From Octopus sinensis (Eukaryota), in contig NC_043020.1 of assembly GCF_006345805.1 (NCBI RefSeq), positions 11,842,001-11,906,000 on the forward strand: a stretch of DNA of 64,000 nucleotides, written 5' to 3'. Positions 54,317-64,000 of the stretch are shown here, piece after piece. The position numbers were made by a program, and so were the translations under genes. The notes under the pieces are model-generated. The model was not told the origin of the DNA and did not search any database. It worked only from the letters and a program-made list of their open reading frames with translations. Position 1 is the first letter of the stretch. Each line of letters opens with the position of its first letter.

Positions 54317-57300
54317 TCATTCCTTCCCTCTTTCTTACTTTCTTTCCTTCTTTCTTACTTTCTTTCCTTCTTTCTTTCTTCCTTCTTTCTTTCTTTCTTT
54401 CTTTCTTTCTTTCCTTCTTTCTTCTCGTCCCCTATCTTTCTTTCTTTCTTTCTTTCTCTCTTTCTTTCTTTCTTTCCTTCATTCTTTCCTTCCTTCCTTC
54501 CTTCCTTCCTTCTTTCTTTCCTTCCTTCCTTCTTTCATTCTTTCTTTCTTTTCGTCCCCTACCTTTCGCTCCCTCGCTCGCTCCCTCGCTCCCTCCCTCT
54601 AAGCTCTATCATCTATTAGTTATCGCATTCTCATGCCCCATCCCCCCTCACTTCACCTCCCGTCATCCTGTTAACGTCTATCTGACTTTGAATACCTCCC
54701 CCCCCCACTCTCCACTCTCCACTTCAATGTCGGATTTTGATAAACTATCTACAGAAACGAATTTCTCTGGTAAATAATAATAATAATAAAAAACAGAATT
54801 CATCACTCACTCACTAATACAAACTGATTACATAACACACGACCAATGAATGCCAATATGTCACAGCAAAATATTTACGAAATTTTGATATTGTTCTTTA
54901 GACCTCATCGGTATTTTGTAACCTTTTATATATCCGTCACGCACGCGTTCACACACATGCACACAAACAAACAATGCACAACAGTTTTGTGTTTCCGTAA
55001 GTCGCCCCACATGTCCCCTCATGAAACATAATACAACGACATTCGAAATATTTTTCAGTATCAAGAGCGGTTTTTCTTCCCAACTCTACCTATGTATGTA
55101 TGTATGTATGTATGTATGTATGTATGTATGTATGTATGTATGAATGTATGTATGTATGTGTGTGTTTGTGTATGTATGTATGTATGTATGATGTATGTAT
55201 GTATGTATGTATGTATGTATGTATGAATGTATGTATGTATGTGTGTGTTTGTGTGTGTATGTATGTATGTATGTATGTATGTATGTATGTATGTATGTAT
55301 GCATGCATGCATTTATGCATGCATTTATGTATGTATGTATGTATGTATGTATGCATGCATGTATGTATGTATGTATGTATGTATGTATGTGTGTATGTAT
55401 GTGCGGAATTTGAACTCAGAACATAAAGACAGACGAAATACCTATTTCTTTACTACCCCCAAGGGGCTAAACACAGAGAGGACAAACAAGGACAGACAAA
55501 CGGATTAGGTCAATAATATCGACCCCAGTGTGTAACTGGTATTTATTTAATCGACCCCCGAAAGGATGAAATGCAAAGTCGACCTCGGCGGAATTTGAAC
55601 TCAGAACGTAGCGGCAGACGAAATACCGCAAGAACGTGAAACATTTAGAAGACGATACAAAAAACACGGACGAGACATTCGAAGCCTTCAATCTTCAGTC
55701 AAGAACCGGATCATCTTCGCATTTCCGGCTGATTAATATATATGTATATATATATGTATATATATGTATTTTATATATATAGATATATATGTATATATAA
55801 TATTATATATATATTATATGTATAATATAATATGTATATATATATGTATATATATATCTATATATATTATATATCTATATATATATATAATATATATAAT
55901 ATATAATATATATATATATATATTATTATATATATATATGTATATATATATGTATATCCAGAACAGAGCACCACAAACTCACTCTGACAATTATAACAAC
56001 ATGAGACAGATAAATAGTAGCTTTGAACAATACTACACCAACAATTTTTTTAGCTCTTACACACAGGAACAGGGACACACGAGGGCAAAGGACAAACAAA
56101 AGAACCTCAGTAAATTAAGATAACTCTCAAACAAAGAACTTACACCTAACAAAATAAGCATACTCTCCAAAGGACTTAATTTCCACCTACCCCACACGTT
56201 CTAATTACTATGAAATGAAAGATGATTTTCGGGGAATTTTGCAGAAAACTAAGACTCACCGAGGCATTTCAAGACAAACAAATAGAGGAGGACTCATAGC
56301 TAGAAACAAGAGCAATTACACCCCCACCAAGGGAAAGAATAAAGCCTTAGACCGCTATTGTGACTACATAACTAATTTCCCGTTTCAATTCATCAAGAAA
56401 CAAAACAGCCCTAACTTCAACAAAAGAGAATGGAACGACCTCATCAAACTAAGAGAAGACAAAACAATAATAACATTAGGGAGCAGATAAGGGCAACGCG
56501 ATAGTAATAATGAATACAAACGAATTAAAAAATTTAGTGCTATCCCTATTAAAGATGATAAACGTATTATGAAAGGGCCCAACAGTATATCAGCAAAAAA
56601 TAATGCATAACCTTAGGACATTAATCAACACATACCAAGAAGGACTCACGAACAAGGAGTATGAATACATCACTAACTTCAAATGCAAATCGAGTTTGTT
56701 CTATGGTATCCCTAAGGTACAAAAGCCAAATAATTAGAGAAACGTGCAAAACATCCACTGACACACTCATCAAAATCCCTTCACCAAATGATCTTAAACT
56801 AAGACCGATAATAGCAGGGCCAGCATGTGAAACTCACCGCCTCAGCAATTTCTTAGACACACTTCTTAAACCTTTCCTAAAACACATCAAAAGCTACGTA
56901 AGAGACGATATAGATATGCTCAACCACCTCCCTAAAACAGTCAATGAGAAAACCCTTCTAGTATCATTCGACGTAGTTAATCTTTATTCTAACATCCCTC
57001 ACACCTAGGAATAGAAGCGATCACCTTCTGGCTGAATAACTACCCCTTTGAACTCCCAACTCGCATAAACAAAGACCTTATAATAGAAGGACTTAGATTC
57101 ATTTTAGAGAACAATTATTTTATTTTGACAATGATTTCTACAGACAAAGATCGGGAACAGCGATGGGCACGCGTACTGCACCATCTTTTGCAACCTAGTG
57201 ATGGGATACCTCGAGAAAATACTATACCGGATAACACTCGAGAAATATGGAAACACCTTCGCCACCTATATCCATAACAACTGGAAAAGATACCTCGATG

Positions 57301-58559
57301 ACTGTTTCATCATCTGGGACAAAGGTATAGAGAAACTTGAGGAATTTAAAATACTATTAAATGGAATAAATGACAATATACAATTCACGATGGACCACAA
57401 CGAAAAAGAATTACCATTTTAGACATCCTCATTAAGAAAACCGGCAACAAAATAGAGACAGATATCTACTATAAACCGACAGACTCCAAACAGTACCTAC
57501 CCTTTGATTCATGCCACCCACGACACACTAGAATGAATGTCCCTTTTTGTTTAGCTAGAAGGATTTGCACCATAATATCAGACACAAACACCCGACACAC
57601 ACGTCTCCAGGAACTTAGAACCACACTCACAAATAGAAACTATCCACAGCCCCTAATAGACAGTGCAATCCAACGGGTACTTAAATTAAGTATAGAAGAC
57701 CGAGACAAACAAAACCAAAAAGAAAGAACAATAAAAAACCCTTCCCTACATCTCTACACACAACCCACTCAACAATGAGGCCTTCAACACCATACTACAA
57801 AGCACAGCCCTACTAAAGGGAGACCCAAAGATGAACCGGATCCTCGAAACACACACCATCATTAAAAGTAAACGGCAACCAAAATCCTTGAAAAGGATTT
57901 TAACCCAAGCTACACTGCACTCAACATCAACCACAAAACCAGCAGTTAGAAAATGTGGAAGGCCCAACTGCGGAATCTGTGTCATCTTGAAAGAAGGATC
58001 AGAATTTATACTGGAACAAGGCCACCAGTTCACCATTAGAACAAACTTCACCTGCGCATCAGAAAACTTAATTTACGTCATAACATGCGCAGGCTGCAAT
58101 ATGCAGTATATAGGCCATACAAAAAATAGCTTACGTAACAGGATGGCGGTGCATAAATCACAAATTAGAAACCCTGATTACCGCAAAATACCGGTCAGCG
58201 GACACATAGATAGATGTGCTGAAAATGTAAATCCGAAATTTACAACTAACCCGCTCTATAAATTCAGTGACAACGCAACCTTCACACAACGCCAAAATAA
58301 AGAACTGTATTTCATAAAAAAATTTAGACCAAGTTTAAACACCCTGGGCCAGGAATATTAAAACAAAAGATAAGTCCTCCGAAAAGGAGAAGCAAAATTC
58401 CACCACACGCGGCCGCTACTTAAACAGTCACTCGCACTAACGGAAATATGCCTTAGTAAAAAAGGAAAAAAAATTTTTTTTTTTTTCGTGCAAATCTGAC
58501 CCTGATGGACTGACTACATACGATACAGCTAAGGGTCAGACCCGATTCTGATTGGTCAA

Positions 58560-59055
58560 CACGTTGATGACGTCTAGTTCTGCTAGAATGGACAGGATAC
58601 AAACAGGGGGCAGAGATTAGTCAGAATATTGATGACGTCCTTTTCTGCTTGACTAGTCACCTAACAAGAAACAGACAGGGGGCAGATCTAATGCAGCTAT
58701 AAGTCGTGATTGGGCAGAATCTTGATGACGTCCCGTTCTGCTTGACTAAGCCACCTAACGAAACGACTGGTCAAAACAGGAAACAGACAAGAGGCAGTTA
58801 TAATACAGCGATAGATCACGATAGGTCAGAATGTTGATGACATCCCGTTCTGCTTGACTAAGCCACCTAACGAAAAGGGGCAGATCTAATACAGCTATAA
58901 GTCGTGATTGGTCAGAATCTTGATGACGTCCCGTTCTGCTTGACTAAGCCACCTAACGAAACGACTGGTCAAAACAGGATACAGACAAGAGGCAGTTATA
59001 ATACAGCGATAGGTCACGATTGGTCAGAATGTTGATGACGTCCCGTTCCGCTTGA
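58560..59055 (+). repeat. Tandem repeats in the Penelope 3' region (sub-units start AAT(G/C)TTGATGACGTCC; higher-order period about 198 bp)
   Basis: Direct comparison of 58718-58830 with 58916-59028. Confidence 0.8.
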
Positions 59056-59317
59056 CATGGGTCATCACAATTGCTCAAGGTAAAAATGACTTCCTCGCTC
59101 TTTCGGGAACATCAATCTTCTGTATTGACTGCTTTCCACCACTTTGATCTGTTTTTTATATTGAATACGTATCGCCACCGTGGGGGCCACTGCATCGAAC
59201 AACACTTGAACATATAGCATGAATGAACTTACTTCAAACTATATATGAACTTTAAGATGTCTGACTCCGTTGTGTATTGTAAATGAATTTCTTGTGTTTG
59301 ACGGCATGAGCTGTCTT

Positions 59318-59388
59318 TTTTTATATATAACTTTTTTTGATAAGGTTCATTTCAGGAACTGAAACATGTTGTAATGTATATATAAAAA
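59318..59388 (+). ncRNA. Candidate minimal type-I hammerhead ribozyme (U3-A8 core variant) in the Penelope pseudo-LTR
   Basis: UUGAUAA core, stem II GGUUC/GAACU, GAAAC-AUGUU-GUA, AT-rich stem I. Confidence 0.45.
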
Positions 59389-59471
59389 TAAAAAATTGTA
59401 TAATATAGCAGCATTTTCGAACTTCATTTTTTACAAATATATACCTATCGTATACGAGCTATCCTATTTAA

Positions 59472-59523
<52 letters not shown>

Positions 59524-59574
59524 ATATATCGATAATATATATATATATATTATATATATATATATATACATATA

Positions 59575-59628
<54 letters not shown>

Positions 59629-59721
59629 CATACATATATATACACATATTTATATATATTATATATGTATATATGTAATATTATATATATATATATGGTA
59701 TGTATGTATATATATATTATG

Positions 59722-59760
<39 letters not shown>

Positions 59761-60346
59761 TATTCTATATCCATATTATAATAGAGGTGTACAGTATTGT
59801 ATATACATTACAGTCGAGCTTACCAGTCGGTTTCGCTGTAGGGTTAGGGTTAGGGTTAGGGTTAGGGTTAGGGTTAACAGCCAATTATGTAACCTAGCGC
59901 TCTTCAGAGATAGCATTTATATATGTATGCATACATACACACGTATGTATGTATGTTATGTATGTATGTATGTATGTATGTATGTATGTATGTATGTATG
60001 TATGTATATATTGTGAGCTCGACGCTCTAACCACTGAGTTATGCACTTTCAATTATATATATTTAAATGACCATGGATTGCACTTAAAAAGCTCTCCACC
60101 CAAGCAGAAGCCCAGGCAAGGTTGTTTGTGGAGGGTCAGCAGTCACCCATGCATATCAGTCTCTCCGCTGTCCAAGAGAAAGGCAAAGGGCGGTTCAGCT
60201 TGACATGTTTCTACAGCCGAGTGAACTGGAGCAATGTGAAACGAAGTGTCTTGCTCAAGAGCACAACACAGCCCGGTCCGTGAATCGAGCTCACAACCTC
60301 GCGATTCTCAACCCGACACTCTAACCACTGAGCCCTGCACCTTCAC

Positions 60347-60382
<36 letters not shown>

Positions 60383-61072
60383 ATATATGTGTGCGTGTGC
60401 CTGTGTGTTTATCGCAGAGTAATCTTACGTTTAGATAGTAGCATAGAATGTATTGTTTTATCTCTAATTTCTTGTCGTTAAGAAAGATAATATTTCGATG
60501 ACATCAGGTCAGATGTTTCTTTACTACACGTGTAATGCTTCCCATAGGCGTTTGAAATTATACCCAAATTCGATCATGTTTTAGCATCTTTTAACAGCTC
60601 CAGGGTCTTTTTTTATTCATCAGGTATTTTCGTAAAAGTATTTCTTGCTTTAGTATGGCAAAATAATCTTCCAAGATGAAAGGTAAATCGCAATTTGTTT
60701 CGGCCAACCTGAAACCATTCAGTTACGCCACTGCCCCATCAGTTATATCTTCAACATTCAGTGTTCTCTGTCAAATGTAATGCTTATTTGCTTTGATTAC
60801 TTTGAATTAATCATGCAACTTTTTATAATGACATAATGTACTCACTAATCAATTGACAACTGTTAGAAACAGCTGTAGCGAAAATGACACCTATCCATCG
60901 TTTGTTATAACATTTGCTCGAAATGAGGGGCAGATGGACAGCCGACAACTGGTGACGGTCGTTCTTTATGTTACTTGTCATGTTTCCATTTGCTTCTCTC
61001 GTGTGTTCGCGTACCCGAGTTTGGTCTTCGTATTTCATGTGTTTACAATTTGTGACGTCCATACACATATAT

Positions 61073-61154
<82 letters not shown>

Positions 61155-61291
61155 AATATGTAACATACAACATAATATATATATAATACATATATGTACA
61201 TACATAAATGTACATACATATATCTATATATTTTTATTTATATTATTATGTGATTGAACGCCACGCATCCATTTCCAAAGTAAGTTAATCT

Positions 61292-61339
<48 letters not shown>

Positions 61340-61389
61340 ATATAATATATATATAATATATATATTATATATATATATATATATATACA

Positions 61390-62650
61390 CGAGGATGCAT
61401 TCAATAGGTAATGCCCCTGACCCCACTTGCATTTGTTTGATCTAGCTGAAATTTTGCATGTGCACTATTTATACGTCTATAGATAAGTGGCGAATTACAG
61501 CTCTGAACTAATTGTGGTTTCTGATTTACAGGTGTTTGAACGGAGTCAAGTGTGAAATGGAGCCTGTTGAGTGTGGAGCAGTGATCTGGTTTTGTATTTG
61601 AAAGGACGCACACCACGGGAGACTTTGATGAAATGAAGTACCTTATGGTGATGATGCCCCATCATATGACCTTGTAAAACGCTGGCATTGTGAATTCAAA
61701 CATAGTCGGACTCTGTGGAAACAGCTCCCAGATCTGGTACGCCCCTTCTGCCGTTGATGAGACGTCTGTCCGTCAAGTTGAGGCTTGCCATTTTGGAAGT
61801 CAACGCATAACTATTCGCCAAATAGCCATAAGGTCAAGATTAGTACCGGGTCTGTGGAAACTATCATTCATGACCATTTGCATATGCAAAAGGTGTCTGC
61901 CAGATGGATTTCCAGGTTGCTCAAACTTTCCAGAAGCAAGAACGCGTTGAGTGCCGAGGATGAATTTGGAGATTGTGCCAAGAAGATGAGTCAAAATTTT
62001 TCAAAAGACTGATCAACAGGATAAACCTGGGTCCATCACTATGATCCATAGACCAAAGCCCAGTCGATGCAGTGAAAGCACCGTGACTCACCTCCTCAAA
62101 GAAGGCAAGGGTGCAGCCTCCGCTGACAAGGTTATGCTCACAGTATTCTGGGACCAGTGAAGGAGGAGTAGTGATGACAGATTCCTGGCAAAGGGTACCA
62201 CAATTACAGGAGCCTATTATGCTTCACTTTTGAGGAAATAAGAGAAGCTATCAAAATCAAGAGGCGGGGCAAGATCAGCAAAGGCATCCTCCCTCCTGCA
62301 GGAAAACGCTACGGTCCACAACTCGCGTGTCGCCAGATCAGAAGCACAGGCGTGCAGCTATGAACTTCTCCCCTTGCACCCCTCTGATTTTACCTCTTCC
62401 CTGCCATGAAGTTGATTTTGAAAGAAAGCGTTTCCCAGATGATGCAGCCTTGATTCTGAAGTCACGTCGTGGTTGGAGGACCAAAGCTGGGGTCTTCTTA
62501 CAAAAACGGTCTCCAGAGCTGTATCAAACGATGGGAGAAATGCATAACTCTGGGTAGTTCCTATGTAGGAAAAGACTAATAACTGTGCCAAGTATCGTTG
62601 AACTACTATGCTATGGGAAGGGTCAGGGGCATTACTATTGAACGCCCCTC

Positions 62651-62651
<1 letters not shown>
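61390..62651 (+). mobile_element. Degenerate mariner transposon
   Basis: TIRs CGAGGATGCATTCAATAGGTAATGCCCCTGACC / GGTCAGGGGCATTACTATTGAACGCCCCTCG-TA. Frameshifted transposase fragments (ITIRQIA, KVSARW). Confidence 0.9.
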
Positions 62652-62694
<43 letters not shown>

Positions 62695-63318
62695 TATGTA
62701 TGTATGTATGTATGTATGTATGCATGTATACAGGGTGAGAGTGAATGTTAGGTTGTTGTGTGTGGTCTGTGTTTCTGTCTGTCGGCAGTAAAATACATTG
62801 TTACCAGCTCGTAGCTTCGAGATTGCGAGAGTGTGATATGTTTTTTGAATGACAGGTCGGGTAGGTGTGAGAGGCCAGATATGGTCGGTTTAGATTTTAA
62901 AATGAAACAAAGCAGAATATTTGAGTTGATTTGCTGGTTTAAATGCCAAAGTTTTGAAACCAGAAACTTAAATATTTGCTAATCAATTTATTTAATTTAA
63001 TTACTCTCTCAACGGCATTTTAATATTGTTGTGAGGGGCGATGAGGTGGCACAATCGTAGTATCGGATATCATGCCTCACCATATTTGTCCCTCGTCTAT
63101 ACCTTCTGAAGTCAAATCCCGCCGAGGTTAACTTTACGTTTCATTTCTTCGGAGTACGAGTCAAGGAATGGATTCAATGATTTCGACTAATCCCGCATCC
63201 TCTCCTCAAAAATGTCGGCTTTGTGCATAAAGAAGAAAACATTTTAATGCCTTTGTTATTTCATTTTTATTTTCGTTACTAGAACACCAGTTGTTCCTCC
63301 GGCCCATATAATGGTAGT

Positions 63319-63999
63319 CTAACAAATCACACAAATAGCCAATCTTTTACGCCTTTGAGAATTCTTTGGAACAGCTTTCACACATTTTCGTTTTCGAAAC
63401 TCCATATTCTGTGTCGTATCTTTTTTCATTATTGAACTCGATCTTTTAACCACACTGTCCTTTCGATCTCTCGGTATAGAAAGTGACTTTCGAGCCACAG
63501 GTATTCTACTTTTTGTACTATCACTACCCTCGTATGCATCCGTCCAAGACAGTCTGTTCTTTTTTGGCGTAGTTATCTGTACCTCTTTACTCTTCTTACG
63601 AACATTTTCGTTCTCCTTAATGGGAGATTTCACCGATATTTCGGATTTCAAAGAAGACTTCTTCGGAATGTTTTCAAACAAAACTTCATCTCTTTGAGAA
63701 ATTTCCCCAATCGAAAACCGTATGGTAGACGAACTTCTGTTGAATATATAATCACTGGAACGTGTTTGTGTGCTTTCCCGTCGTACTGGGTTCGGTGGTA
63801 AAATAACACGCGATGATCTTTTTATAGACAAAGGTTTTTCTAAACAGAGTGCATTTCTAAATGATTTTCCTTTTTCCTGCTCTAATTCCCGGCGTCTTTC
63901 GTAAAGAAGCTCATCGAAACAACTTGATCGTCTTGCTGTATAAGGCGACCTGTATAATGACGACTTGGAACGTGATGAAACTATAGTTTCTGATCCCGA
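63319..63999 (-). CDS. Partial large exon of an unidentified Ser/Lys/Arg-rich, probably disordered protein; open off the window edge
   Basis: Non-repetitive frame open from 63999 (SGSETIVSSRSKSSLYRSP...) to TAG at 63319, about 227 codons, in otherwise AT-rich DNA. No domain recognised. Confidence 0.6.
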   Translation of the reverse strand, partial: SGSETIVSSRSKSSLYRSPYTARRSSCFDELLYERRRELEQEKGKSFRNALCLEKPLSIKRSSRVILPPNPVRRESTQTRSSDYIFNRSSSTIRFSIGEISQRDEVLFENIPKKSSLKSEISVKSPIKENENVRKKSKEVQITTPKKNRLSWTDAYEGSDSTKSRIPVARKSLSIPRDRKDSVVKRSSSIMKKDTTQNMEFRKRKCVKAVPKNSQRRKRLAICVIC

Positions 64000-64000
64000 G

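Larger units (their letters stand above)
55960..59400 (+). mobile_element. Penelope-like retroelement (RT + GIY-YIG endonuclease), frameshifted, with 3' tandem repeats and pseudo-LTR region
   Basis: LRPIIAG, LVSFDVVNLYSNIP, GTAMGT, WKRYLDDCF, TDIYYKPTDSKQYL, and C-terminal NLIYVITCAGCNMQYIGHT...R GIY-YIG-like domain ending at 58361. Outer boundaries approximate. Confidence 0.92.

Noticed and set aside
55655-55735. Second possible hammerhead (minus strand CUGAAGA...GAAU) in a Penelope-like fragment
   Set aside because: The GAAA box and stem II are not intact.
59845-59880. (TTAGGG)6 telomere-like tract
   Set aside because: Too short to indicate a chromosome end or fusion, and similar tracts occur inside local MITEs.

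Overview
AT-rich, repeat-dense animal genomic DNA. The tRNA-derived SINE families and microsatellite load look like Octopus; this is inferred from repeat recognition, not from a search. The main signal is on the minus strand between about 13.8 and 54.0 kb: a tandem array of at least 9-10 paralogous copies of only the FIRST coding exon of a sugar-porter (MFS) transporter resembling the H+/myo-inositol cotransporter (SLC2A13/HMIT). Six copies are intact, one has a single-base frameshift, and two or three are decayed. Each complete copy runs ATG...GR-x-x-(V/I)-GFG(F/C)G and stops at the same phase-1 GTAAG donor. Most have a pyrimidine tract plus CAG 26-33 nt upstream of the ATG. I found no other transporter exon anywhere in the window. 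This matches a 'variable first exons + shared constant exons' architecture (clustered protocadherin/UGT1-like, or mutually exclusive cassettes), with the constant region predicted beyond the left edge. The rest of the window is transposons (three mariners, Penelope with a candidate hammerhead, a Gypsy pol fragment, an ORF1-only LINE, Helentron-type elements, MITEs, many SINEs), simple repeats, a 5.2-kb tandem duplication and a partial Ser/Lys-rich ORF at the right edge.
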